From an uncultured Acidobacteriota bacterium (lineage in GTDB: Bacteria; Acidobacteriota; UBA6911), in assembly GCA_963827655.1 (NCBI GenBank), contig CAWHCF010000044.1, positions 160,001-224,000 on the forward strand: a DNA stretch of 64,000 bases, given 5' to 3'. Of this stretch, positions 1 through 10,900 are shown one piece after another (within the stretch, counting starts at the first letter, position 1; each line of letters opens with the position of its first letter). The notes beneath the pieces were generated by a model, which saw only the letters and a list, made by a program, of their open reading frames with translations, had not been told where the DNA came from and searched no databases. The position numbers and the translations under genes were made by a program.

Positions 1-1416
1 CGCGGCAACGGAATGCGCCAGCGGCGCCTCGAAGTAGTCGCTTCACTTGGCTTCAGTTCCGAGCGCATTCGCCTTGTAGAACATCATACTGCCCACGCTG
101 CTTCTGCGTACTACGGTTGGGGAAAATTCGACGAGCCCATTCTGATCCTGACCAATGACGGCATGGGCGACAATATTTGCGCCAGCATCAGTATTGGTAA
201 GGAAGGTCGATTCGAACGTATCGCATCGGTCCCTTTCACGGAATCCGTAGGTGAAATATACGCCCTCACCACCTTCCTGCTGGGAATGGTTCCCCTTGAA
301 CACGAATACAAGCTCATGGGCATGGCGCCATATGCCTCGCCGCGCCGGGCCGAGACGCTGTCAAACCAGTTGAAGAATCTCGTCGAGTTCGATAACAACG
401 GCGGGCTCACCTGGCACCGAAGAACCGGCGTTCCTTCTTTCAGCTCGGCCCACCGCTATCTTGAAGAGTTATACCGACGTCAGCGGTTCGACTATGTTTG
501 TGGCGGCGTCCAGGATTTCCTGGAAAAGTTTCTCACCAAATGGGTCCGAAATGCGATCGCTGAGACCGGCATCCATAAGATTGCTCTTTCCGGCGGCGTC
601 TTCATGAATGTCAAAGCCAACAAGCTGCTATTGGAATTGGATGAAGTTGAAGACATCTTTGTCTTTCCCTCCTGCGGCGACGAAACCAACGCCCTGGGAG
701 CCGCTTACTGGGCCTACGCCGAGGAGTCCCGGAAGCGCGGAACTGAAGCAAAGGTTGAACCGATCTCGGACCTGTATTGGGGAAAGAATTTCAGCGACAC
801 TGAGATTGAGGAGGCTATTTCGAGCTTCCCTTTCTCGAACAAGATAAAAGTGGAAACCCCGGAGAACATAGAACGGCGTGTCGCCGGACTGCTGGCCGGG
901 GGCCACGTGGTTGCCCGCTGCAGCGGAAGAATGGAGTTCGGCGCCAGGGCTTTGGGAAATCGTTCAATTCTCGCGAATCCCTCCGACCCGCGGGTAATTA
1001 ATACGATCAACGAAATGATTAAGAAGCGCGATTTTTGGATGCCATTTGCTCCATCGGTTACAGCCGAGCGCTCGCACGATTACCTTCTCAATCCCAAGAA
1101 CGTAGCCGCGCCTTACATGGTCTTTGCCTTCGATAGTCGTCCGGAAAAGGTGCCCGCCTTTGCAGCCGGCGTTCATCCTTACGATCGGACCGCACGTCCA
1201 CATGAGGTACTGGAACAACACAACCCAAGCTACCATCGATTGATCCAGTACTTTGGTGAACTGACGGGCGAAGAGATCATTCTCAACACAAGCTTCAATC
1301 TACACGGACTTCCGAACGTCTATACCCCCGAGCAGGCGCTGACTACCCTGGACAACTCTGGCTTGCAGCACCTTGCTATTGGCAGTTTCCTGGTAAGCAA
1401 AACTAATGGGCAGTGA
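1..1416 (+). CDS. Carbamoyltransferase, NodU/CmcH family (5' part outside the window)
   Basis: Motifs EHHTAHAASAYY, DGMGD, EYKLMGMAPY, SGGVFMNVKAN, GRMEFGARALGNRSILA, KKRDFWMPFAP, LNTSFNLHG. Confidence 0.93.
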   Translation, partial: RGNGMRQRRLEVVASLGFSSERIRLVEHHTAHAASAYYGWGKFDEPILILTNDGMGDNICASISIGKEGRFERIASVPFTESVGEIYALTTFLLGMVPLEHEYKLMGMAPYASPRRAETLSNQLKNLVEFDNNGGLTWHRRTGVPSFSSAHRYLEELYRRQRFDYVCGGVQDFLEKFLTKWVRNAIAETGIHKIALSGGVFMNVKANKLLLELDEVEDIFVFPSCGDETNALGAAYWAYAEESRKRGTEAKVEPISDLYWGKNFSDTEIEEAISSFPFSNKIKVETPENIERRVAGLLAGGHVVARCSGRMEFGARALGNRSILANPSDPRVINTINEMIKKRDFWMPFAPSVTAERSHDYLLNPKNVAAPYMVFAFDSRPEKVPAFAAGVHPYDRTARPHEVLEQHNPSYHRLIQYFGELTGEEIILNTSFNLHGLPNVYTPEQALTTLDNSGLQHLAIGSFLVSKTNGQ

Positions 1417-1488
1417 AGGAGTCTCTCCAAGAATTTGTAACTGTGATCCGCCTTCTGCGCATTAGCGTAAAGATTAGACCTGGGTAAA

Positions 1489-2652
1489 ATGCGAGTCTGT
1501 CACATCTCAACAGTTCACCCTGTCGGCGATGCTCGAATTGCGTTTCGCATGTGCTCTGTCCTGGCCGAACGCGGCTTATCGGTTGTGCTGATCGCACGAG
1601 GCAAGGCACCCGTTGACGAGTCGTTAGTCCGGATGTCTCGTTGGAACGAGCGTATTGCGAAAGCCGGACGTATCCAGCGCATCGGATTGGCGCTCCAGGC
1701 CGCCTTGGCTGAAAATGCTGACATTAACCACTTCCACGACCTGGAATTGATTCCTATGGGCCTCGCTCTGAAGGCCCTCAGGCCGGGAAAGGCGGTAGTT
1801 TATGACGTGCACGAGGACTATCCAGCATTCATGAAGGAGAAATACTGGCTTCCCAAGCCGATACGACCCTTCGTCTCCTGGGCCGTTCGCTGCGCCAACT
1901 TTACTACCGGGCTGTGTGTAGACGGCATTGTGACTGCCGATCCAGGTGTACAGAAGGACTTTCAAACGTGCGCCAGCGGAAAGACCATGGTGTACTACAA
2001 TTTTCCGCTTCTCTCGATGTTCAAGTCGCCTGCTGTAAGCGACTCCGATGTGAAGACCGATCTTGTCTACGTAGGCGGAATGAGCGACCGCGCCGGCACC
2101 TTTGTATTACTTGATGCCTTATCGCTGCTGGCGAAAGAAGGTCGCAGGCCCTCAGTTAGACTGGCAGGTTACACAGACGGCGAAGAAGGACGGCGCGCCG
2201 TGCAGAATGGGATCGAGAATCGCGGCCTCCAGGCTCAGGTAGAATTCCGAGGACGTATTCCTTATTCTGAAGTGCCTGGTTGGATTCGCAGCGGTCGAAT
2301 CGGACTGGTCACACTCCAGCCGATCCCCAAGTTCATGAAAAACATCCCGTCTAAAATGTTTGAGTATTGGGCCTGCGGCCTGCCTGTAATCGCCAGCGAT
2401 TTACCCCCCATCCGGCCGTTTTTGTCTGACGGGAAGAACGGGCTCCTGTTTGATCCATCCAGCCCCGCCGCCCTGGCTCATGCCATACGCTCTCTCCTGC
2501 AAAAGCCGGCAGAGCTTAAAGCCATGGGTCAACGCGGCCAACAAATGATTTCCAATAGCTGGAACAACGACCACCAAATCGACGGCCTGATTCGCTTCTA
2601 TAATCAGATTCGCAACGGGACACTTCGCGATGGCTCTTCGGCTGATCGTTAA
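1489..2652 (+). CDS. Glycosyltransferase family 4
   Basis: HFHDLEL, VVYDVHED, PSKMFEYWACGLPVIASD, NGLLFDP (GT-B/GT4 signature). Confidence 0.92.
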   Translation: MRVCHISTVHPVGDARIAFRMCSVLAERGLSVVLIARGKAPVDESLVRMSRWNERIAKAGRIQRIGLALQAALAENADINHFHDLELIPMGLALKALRPGKAVVYDVHEDYPAFMKEKYWLPKPIRPFVSWAVRCANFTTGLCVDGIVTADPGVQKDFQTCASGKTMVYYNFPLLSMFKSPAVSDSDVKTDLVYVGGMSDRAGTFVLLDALSLLAKEGRRPSVRLAGYTDGEEGRRAVQNGIENRGLQAQVEFRGRIPYSEVPGWIRSGRIGLVTLQPIPKFMKNIPSKMFEYWACGLPVIASDLPPIRPFLSDGKNGLLFDPSSPAALAHAIRSLLQKPAELKAMGQRGQQMISNSWNNDHQIDGLIRFYNQIRNGTLRDGSSADR

Positions 2653-2698
2653 CGCCACTGAAATGGGCCTGAGTTAATCGACAGTAGATCTCCACAGC

Positions 2699-3515
2699 AT
2701 GACGAACGACCTTAAATCGAGAGCAGTAGAGTCTCTTCTAGAAGGAGCCACAATTCACAAGAGGTGGACCGATGACTATCGGACTCTTGAGAATCAGGGT
2801 TTTTTCGACGAGGCGTTCGCTTGTATCGCACGACTCATCGACGCCCCAGCGCGCTCAACTTTCCTGGACGCCGGTTGTGGGAGCGGCGCTCATTCCATAC
2901 GTCTGGCAACCCTGGGCTTTCTGGTTCATGCGCTTGACTTTTCAGAACCCGTCTTGACAAAAGCCAGACTCAATGTTTCAGCGAGCCAGTTGAATCAGCA
3001 AATCACGATTCACCGTGCCAACCTCCGCTCGCTGCCATTTAAAGACTCGACCTTTCGCTACGCACTATGTTGGGGAGTTCTGATGCACATTCCCGATCTC
3101 GGGCAAAGCGATATCCGAACTGGTCCGCGTCCTAGGACCAGGAGGAACACTGATTATTAGCGAGAACAACATGTATTCCCTTCAGGGGATGATTCGTTTT
3201 GTCCTCAAGAGGCTATTAGGAATCGGAAGAGCCTTGGTGAAGAAGACACCAGCAGGTCTTGAGTACTGGTACGGGAATGCTGACGACGCTCTTCTTACAA
3301 GACAAACGAATATACGCTGGCTAATTCATGAACTAGAAAACAATGGCTTCGTTGTAAGAGCACATTTCGCAGGTCAGTTTACTGATTTATATACTTCAGT
3401 ATACTCTCGATTAATGAAGAGACTGATTCACCGATTCAATAGTGTTTGGTTTAAATACATCAAGATTCCTTATCTAGCTACGGGAAACATACTCATCCTT
3501 CAAAAGGCAAATTGA
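2699..3515 (+). CDS. Class I SAM-dependent methyltransferase (frameshift near 3100)
   Basis: FLDAGCGSG, LPFKDSTF, WGVLMHIPD. The reading continues in another frame (ELVRVLGPGGTLIISENN) into ORF 3171..3515. Confidence 0.82.
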
Positions 3516-3577
3516 GACCGCTTCTTCTCCGCCGCCGAAAGTCAACCTTCGGATTAAATTTTTGGAGTGGTGTTACC

Positions 3578-4826
3578 ATGCTGGGCAGTTGGAAGGCTGC
3601 AGTGAAAAGAATGGCAATATCGGCTTTCGATCGTCGACCCTTAGTGATGCATCTGGCCCCGGGATACCGGGCCGTCGATCCCCGTCTTTACCACTTGCAA
3701 TGCGATGCTCTAGTCAAAGCTGGTTGCACGATCGAGCTCGTGGCCCATTCGTCTAGCCCATTAGAAGTTGATTCGCGCGTCAGGTTGCATTCGCTTGGCG
3801 AACACAGATCGACGCTGGCTTGGCGTCTGGTTGATCGCTTCCAGCGTGTCCGAAAGGCCTTTGAGACAGCTTTGCGTTCCAAAGCCGCTCTCTTTCACTA
3901 TCATGGCCTCGAGTTCACACTGTGGGGGAAACGGCTCCGGCGTGTGTCGGGACGACCAGTCATCTTTGACTGCCGTGAGGATTACGAGGGATATGCCCGG
4001 CAACGCCGCGGTATTCCCAAGATGCTCCGTCCTTTTCTTGCCCGCCTTGTCCGTGCCCAGTTGCGGAACGCCGCCCGCAGCGCTGACGCAACCGTCGTAG
4101 CAGACCAGGGAACCGCTGATTTACTGAGCCCCTATGCACGCCGTCTCGTGATCGTGCATAATTTTCCGCGAGTCGAACTGTTCGACAGGCGCGTGAGCGG
4201 GTCGAGGGTCTCTTCGCTCACCGGCAAGACGATCCGGCTGCGACGGCCAGCCTGCCCCCGCAGACAAGCCCTATGACATTGTCCTTCACGGCAGCCTGCC
4301 GAAGTATCATCTGGAAGTCTGTCTCTCCATTGACGCCGCTCTGATAGAACGGGGGTATCGAGTACACTGGTTGTTAATGGGGAAAACTCCCGAGATGAAG
4401 TGGCTGACCCAGGAACTTACGCGCCGAGGCATCACTGAAAGATTCCACCTGAAGGATTTCATTCCTCATCGTGAGGTGGCAGGTGAGTTGAGCAAGGCGA
4501 AAGTGGGTATTATCCCTCTCCCCAACTTGCCTAAATTCCAGAATAACATCCCCCAGAAGTTATTCGAATTCATGGCTCTCGGCATACCGGTCGTTTTGAG
4601 CGATCTGCCTCCAAGCCGCCCCTTTGTCGGTGACGGCAGATCCGCTATTATGGTGGCCCCAGGAGACCACGGTGCCTACGCCGATGCCCTAATTCGGCTG
4701 CTGAAAAGTCCTCGACTGCGCGACGAGATGGGAAGAGAGGGAAGGAAAAGGGTAATGGAGGAGTATAACTGGGAGAAAGAATCGCAGAAGTTACTCAGTC
4801 TCTATCGGGAGCTCTTACCCGCATGA
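3578..4826 (+). CDS. Glycosyltransferase family 4 (frameshift near 4200-4270)
   Basis: N-half FHYHGLE...IFDCREDY...HNFP; C-half PQKLFEFMALGIPVVLSD, EYNWEKE. Start codon approximate. Confidence 0.85.
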
Positions 4827-5692
4827 CCCGGAGATTGATCATCACCGCTGACGACTACGGGATGTGCGCCTCCGTGAACGACGCGATTGAAGCATGCCTC
4901 AGCGCCGGCACCGTCCGAGCTACCTGCGCCATGGTGAACATGCCGCTGTTCAATGCGACGGCATCTCTGCGACAAGAGTTCCCAGACTGCTCCGTCGGTA
5001 TTCACTGGACGCTGACCCAGGGAAAGCCCATTCTTACGGCGGCCCAACTCCCAACTCTGGTCGGTGCGAATGGGGAGTTTCATCCGGTCCTCGAGTTCCG
5101 GCGCCGTTGGCTACGCGGTCGAATAGACGCCGATGAGATCCGACGTGAACTCAGGGCGCAGTGTCAGCAATTCAGTCAAGTCGCTGGCGTCCCGGACTTC
5201 TGGAATACCCATCAGAATTCGCACGTTCTTCCCCGCTTGTTTGCTCTCTTTGTGCTCGCGGGGCGGGAACTTGGAATTCCGGCCATGCGTAGCCACCGGC
5301 GCCTGACGGTGCCGTGCAACATGTCGCCTCTGCGCCACAATCTGAGCCATCCCTTGTACTGGTTCAAGGGACGGGTCATTGCGCGATGGGCGGCGAAGGC
5401 GGAGGCTGGCGGAGTATTGATGCCTGACGGCCGGGTGTATACCCCCGGTTATGATGGCGGGGGAATCGCCTCGCTTCCGGAAATCGTAGAGCGCATTGAA
5501 TGGAGCGCCGTAAGAAGAGCCGTCGAACTGGTGGTCCATCCGGCAACCGCAGTCGACGAACGCCTGTTTGGCAGCATGACGCAGTCTCGCCTTCTCGAGT
5601 ACAATGTGCTGCGCGAGCCGGCGCTCAAAGAACGGCTCCGCCAGAGCGATGTTGAGTTAGCCAGTTTTGAGGCGCTTCGGGCAAGTCAGTAG
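4823..5692 (+). CDS. YdjC/ChbG-family carbohydrate deacetylase
   Basis: LIITADDYG, VGIHWTL, NTHQNSH, ELVVHP. ATGA overlap with the upstream GT4. Confidence 0.88.
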   Translation: MTRRLIITADDYGMCASVNDAIEACLSAGTVRATCAMVNMPLFNATASLRQEFPDCSVGIHWTLTQGKPILTAAQLPTLVGANGEFHPVLEFRRRWLRGRIDADEIRRELRAQCQQFSQVAGVPDFWNTHQNSHVLPRLFALFVLAGRELGIPAMRSHRRLTVPCNMSPLRHNLSHPLYWFKGRVIARWAAKAEAGGVLMPDGRVYTPGYDGGGIASLPEIVERIEWSAVRRAVELVVHPATAVDERLFGSMTQSRLLEYNVLREPALKERLRQSDVELASFEALRASQ

Positions 5693-5828
5693 TTTTGAAA
5701 GTATAGAGAGAAGGTAACAGGAATGATGTGGGTTTGAAGTATGTTGCCGCATTCTACTCAAAAGGGGAAGAGACCGACCTCCTGGGAGGTGGACGTCATC
5801 AAGACGTCATCAAGATGCTAAACTTCAA

Positions 5829-6779
5829 ATGGACCTTGGGAGGAATTGTATGAGCCGGGACGAACTGCGCCGCAAACCGGTTCAAGAAATTGAGGCTCAC
5901 GAAATCGACGCGTTCCTCAAGCGCCGCAAGCCATTCGTTGTCCGAGGATGGCTCCAGGATAAGCTGAAACAGGACGACCCTGTGTGGGAGAGGACTAAAG
6001 CCCGGGTGATTGTCATTCCTCCAGAGTCCAAAGCTGTCACGTCCGTTGCTCAGCGCGCGGCCGGGAAAGAGCTTGTGGAAATGACCTACCGGGAGGTGTT
6101 CGATAAGATCGCCTCTGAGCGCGAGGGCGTACGATACTACGTCTTTGGAGACTATAGTCCCGCGGAGATTTGGAAGGCTCTTCCCTGGCCGAAGCCTGTC
6201 CACGGGTCCACGATCTACGTAACTTCCGGAGACACTCTTTCAAAGGCCCATTTCGATTTTTGGAACGTGTTCCTGATCCAAATCGAAGGTAGGAAGAGTT
6301 GGAAACTGTTTTCCCCGTCGGATTATCCGTTCATGTATCCGGTTCACAACAGCGTCACAGGTGAAGTACAGCGATGCCTGGCGGACTTGGAGACTCCGGA
6401 CTTTAAAGCCTATCCCCTGCTGAGAAGGGTAACCTGCCATCACGTGACCGCCGGGGCAGGCGATCTTCTCTGGATGCCACCTCGGTGGTGGCATGAGGTG
6501 CGTACGGAGTCGTTTTCCGTAACGCTCAACGCCTCACTGTACCAATCGCGCGCGGAGTCCGCCAGAGAGATTTTCTCGTACTTCGGAAACAGCTTGCGAG
6601 CCCGCTTTGTGTACCGCAGCTCCCATCACATACCTCTGGTGACGTTGCTAACACCGGTGATACCGCCCAGGCTGGCTGCGAGAATTGAAGCTACTCTTGA
6701 TCGCTTTAACGACTGGCGGGCGCAGCGGCGAGCAACGAGTGTGCAAAAGGCCCCTACGCAAGATCGCACGGTTCATTGA
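5829..6779 (+). CDS. JmjC/cupin-like Fe(II)/2-oxoglutarate oxygenase
   Basis: AHFD...QIEGRKSWKLFSP...GDLLWMPPRWWHEV (HxD...H facial triad). Confidence 0.85.
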   Translation: MDLGRNCMSRDELRRKPVQEIEAHEIDAFLKRRKPFVVRGWLQDKLKQDDPVWERTKARVIVIPPESKAVTSVAQRAAGKELVEMTYREVFDKIASEREGVRYYVFGDYSPAEIWKALPWPKPVHGSTIYVTSGDTLSKAHFDFWNVFLIQIEGRKSWKLFSPSDYPFMYPVHNSVTGEVQRCLADLETPDFKAYPLLRRVTCHHVTAGAGDLLWMPPRWWHEVRTESFSVTLNASLYQSRAESAREIFSYFGNSLRARFVYRSSHHIPLVTLLTPVIPPRLAARIEATLDRFNDWRAQRRATSVQKAPTQDRTVH

Positions 6780-6836
6780 TAGACGTGCGGTCGTTCGGGA
6801 AAAGGTGCCGATGCAGGCCAGTGAACAGGATGTTCG

Positions 6837-6865
6837 TTGAAACCATCGCAAACTCGCGATATAAG
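6837..6865 (+). promoter_or_regulatory. Putative sigma70 promoter of carAB
   Basis: TTGAAA-17 bp-TATAAG about 50 bp upstream of carA. Confidence 0.4.
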
Positions 6866-6914
6866 TCTGTGAGTCGAGACATGCAATGAATCTAAAGAAA
6901 GAAGCAGTCAGCTA

Positions 6915-7958
6915 GTGCTTGAAGACGGGTCCCTGTTTGAGGGCCAGGCCTTCGGCTTCCCCTCAGCTATCGCCGGCGAAGTAGTCTTTAACACCGGCAT
7001 GGTGGGATATCCTGAAGCTTTTACCGACCCTTCCTACAAAGGTCAGATCCTGGTCCTCACCTATCCGCTCATCGGAAACTACGGTGTGGCCGGCGGCGCT
7101 GGAGGACACAACAGCCTCGAAGGGACTTTCGAATCCAGCAAGATGCAGATTTCTGGGCTGGTCGTCTCCGAGGTTTCGTCGAATCACAGCCACTGGAACG
7201 CCACCATGAGTTTGATCGAGTGGCTTCATCAGGAGAAGGTGCCCGCCTTGTCCGGAATCGACACGCGGGCCCTGACGAAGCACTTGCGTGAGCAAGGGAG
7301 CATGGGAGGCAAAATCGTTACCGGAAGCGACGACGTTGAATTCTACGACCCCAACCAGGATAATCTGGTTTCATTCGTAAGCGTCCCGGAACCCATCCTC
7401 TATCCCGGTGGCAAGAAGCGAATCGTCGTCGTCGACTGTGGCTGCAAGAGCAGTATTATTCGAAGCCTGCTGGCTCGAGACGTCACCGTGATCAGGGTTC
7501 CGTGGAATTACGATTTTCTCCGGGAAGAGTTTGACGGCGTGCTGATCTCAAACGGTCCCGGAGACCCGAAGATGTGCGTCGAGACTATCGCGAACGTGCG
7601 GCGGGCGATGGAACGGGAATACCCCATCCTCGGCGTATGCCTCGGTCACCAGGTCCTCGCCTTGGCGGCAGGGTGCGACACCTACAAGCTGAAGTTCGGA
7701 CATCGCAGCCAGAACCAGCCGTGCAAACAGGTGGGAACGAATCGCTGCTACATCACCTCTCAGAATCACGGTTATGCGGTCGACAGCGAGACGCTGCCGT
7801 CTGGTTGGGAGCCGTGGTTCACCAACGCCAATGACGGGACTAACGAGGGCATCCGCCATCGCTCCCGCCCGTTCATGAGTGTCCAGTTTCATCCTGAGGC
7901 AGCCCCCGGACCGGTTGATTCCAACTTTCTCTTCGATGAGTTCTTAGAGACGATATGA
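6915..7958 (+). CDS. carA: Carbamoyl-phosphate synthase small subunit
   Basis: GEVVFNTGMVGYPE..TDPSY, SNGPGDP, GVCLGHQ, SQNHGYAV, VQFHPEA. Confidence 0.97.
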   Translation: MLEDGSLFEGQAFGFPSAIAGEVVFNTGMVGYPEAFTDPSYKGQILVLTYPLIGNYGVAGGAGGHNSLEGTFESSKMQISGLVVSEVSSNHSHWNATMSLIEWLHQEKVPALSGIDTRALTKHLREQGSMGGKIVTGSDDVEFYDPNQDNLVSFVSVPEPILYPGGKKRIVVVDCGCKSSIIRSLLARDVTVIRVPWNYDFLREEFDGVLISNGPGDPKMCVETIANVRRAMEREYPILGVCLGHQVLALAAGCDTYKLKFGHRSQNQPCKQVGTNRCYITSQNHGYAVDSETLPSGWEPWFTNANDGTNEGIRHRSRPFMSVQFHPEAAPGPVDSNFLFDEFLETI

Positions 7959-10900
7959 TGAACGAGAAGCCCACGAAAGTTCTCGTGCTCGGCAGCGGAG
8001 CGCTGAAGATCGGCGAGGCAGGGGAATTTGACTATTCAGGCAGCCAGGCCATCAAGGCATTGAAGGATGAAGGAATCCGGACGATCCTGGTCAACCCGAA
8101 CATCGCCACGATCCAGACGTCGGATTACCTCGCAGACCAGATCTATTTTCTGCCCATCAATCGCTATTTCGTCGAGCGGGTCATCGAGAAGGAACGGCCA
8201 GACGGCATCATGCTCGGCTTCGGGGGCCAGACTGCCCTGAATTGCGGTCTGGACCTCGAGCGGAATGGCGTGCTCGACCGATATGGCGTCCGCATTCTGG
8301 GCACGCCTATCCAGGCTATCCGTGAGACCGAGGACCGCGATCTGTTTGTCAAGAAACTAGCCGAAATCTCGGTCAAGGTGCCCCGAAGCGCCGCCGCTAC
8401 TTCGGTCGAAGAGGCAGTCTCAATTGCCAGTGAGATCGGGTATCCCGTCATGCTCCGGGTTGCCTATGCTCTGGGCGGTCTCGGCTCAGGTCTTTGCGAA
8501 AGCGAGGACGAAGTGCATGACCGTGCCACCCGGGCTTTCGCTCACAGTCCCCAGGTGCTCATTGAGGAATACCTGACCGGCTGGAAGGAAGTGGAATACG
8601 AGGTGGTCCGCGACCGCTACGACAACTGCGTCACCGTGTGCAACATGGAAAACTTCGACCCCATGGGAATTCACACCGGCGAAAGCATTGTCGTGGCTCC
8701 GAGCCAGACGCTCACCAACAGCGAGTACCACCTTCTTCGACAGATCTCCATTCAGGTAGTGCGCCATCTCGGCATCGTGGGTGAATGCAACATTCAGTTC
8801 GCCCTTGACCCGAATTCCCAGGATTACCGCGTCATCGAAGTGAATGCCCGGTTATCGCGCAGCTCCGCTCTCGCCTCCAAGGCAACCGGCTACCCTCTGG
8901 CTCTCGTGGCCGCCAAGCTCGGGCTGGGCTATGGCCTCACCGAACTGCAGAATTCGATAACAAGCGTAACATCAGCCTGTTTCGAACCCGCCCTGGACTA
9001 TGTGGTTGTCAAGATTCCGCGCTGGGACTTGCAAAAGTTCCGACGGGTCTCGAAGCGCCTTGGATCCGGAATGAAATCCGTCGGCGAGGTCATGGCCATA
9101 GGCCGCAAGTTCGAGGAAGCCTTGCAAAAAGCGCTGCGCATGCTGGACATCGGGGTTGGTGGCCTGGTGGGAAATGACAGCTTCAGGTTTAGCGATCTGG
9201 AGCGAGAGCTTCACGAGCCGACCCACGAGCGGATATTCGCAATCCCTGAAGCCATCAAACAAGGTTATTCAATTGATCGCATCCACGAGCTTTCGCGCAT
9301 CGACAAATGGTTCCTACACAAGATTGAGAAGATCGTAGACATCGAGGGCAGAGTCCGCCAAAGCGCAGGCCGGCAATGTTCTCGGGAACTTCTCATGGAG
9401 GCGAAGCGCTCCGGTTTTGCCGATCAGCAGATCGCTCGATCAATGGGCTTCGAGGAAGCACAGATAAGAGAACTGCGGCATGAATATGGCATCGTTCCTT
9501 GCGTGAAGCAGATCGATACTTTGGCAGCGGAGTACCCTGCTCAGACCAACTACCTCTATCTCACCTATAACGGCCAGGAAGACGACGTCGCTTTCAATGG
9601 AAAAAACTCCGTCATCGTCCTGGGATCCGGGGCTTACCGCATCGGCAGTTCGGTCGAGTTTGACTGGTGTTGCGTCAATACCGTTTTGACGCTCAGGAAG
9701 CTCGGATACAGGACCATCATAATTAACTGCAACCCCGAGACAGTCAGCACCGACTACAACGAGTGCGACAAGCTCTACTTCGACCAGCTGAATCTCGAAA
9801 CCGTTCTGGATATATACAGGAAAGAGAACCCCATCGGCATCATCATCTCGGTGGGAGGTCAGATTCCCAACAACCTCGCTATGCGACTCCAGGAGGCCGG
9901 AGTCAACGTGCTGGGCACTTCACCCTCGAGTATCGACGCGGCCGAGGACAGGCACAAGTTCTCTCAATTGCTGGATCAGCTGGGAATCGAGCAGCCGGCG
10001 TGGAAGGAATTGGTCTCCATTGAGGAGGCGAAGGCGTTCGCCCAGAAGGTGGGTTATCCCGTATTGGTGCGCCCTTCGTATGTGCTCAGCGGCGCCGCCA
10101 TGAGCGTGGCCTCAAACGACGCCGAGTTGGCCAAGTTCCTGGAAAGAGCCACCGAAGTGTCCCCAATACATCCGATTGTGCTCAGCAAATTCGTGGAAAA
10201 CGCCAAGGAACTGGAAATCGACGCGGTAGCCCGCGATGGCGAACTGGTTGCCTCGGCGATCTCCGAGCATGTAGAGAACGCCGGGGTTCATTCGGGCGAC
10301 GCGACTCTCGTACTCCCGCCGCAGCGGACCTACCTCGAAACCATGCGCCGGATCAGAAAGATCACCAGGAGAATTGCCGAATCTCTCAAGATCAACGGAC
10401 CGTTCAACATCCAGTTCATTGCCAAGGGAAACGAGGTCAAGGTAATCGAATGCAACCTCCGAGCCTCCCGCAGCTTCCCCTTTGTCTCGAAGATCCTGAG
10501 GGTCAACTTTATCGATCTGGCAACGCGAGTGATCATGGGACATGCCGTGCCGAAACTGAACGGATCGCTGCTTGAGGTTGACTATGTTGGAGTGAAGGCG
10601 CCGCATTTCTCGTTCATGCGCCTTGACGGCGCAGATCCGACGCTCGGAGTCGAAATGGCTTCCACCGGCGAAGTCGCTTGCCTGGGAGACGATTTTGACG
10701 AGGCCTTCCTGAAGTCTTTGCTGTCGGTTGGGTATCGTTTGCCGGTCCGAAACGTCTTTCTTTCCACCGGTCCCATCGAGCACAAGGCGGCCTTTCTCGA
10801 AAGTACGCGTGTACTCAAAAACCTGGGAGTGAACATCTACGCCACCAAGGGGACCGCGGAGTTTCTCCGCAGCAATGACATCGAGACGACTACTCTCCCC

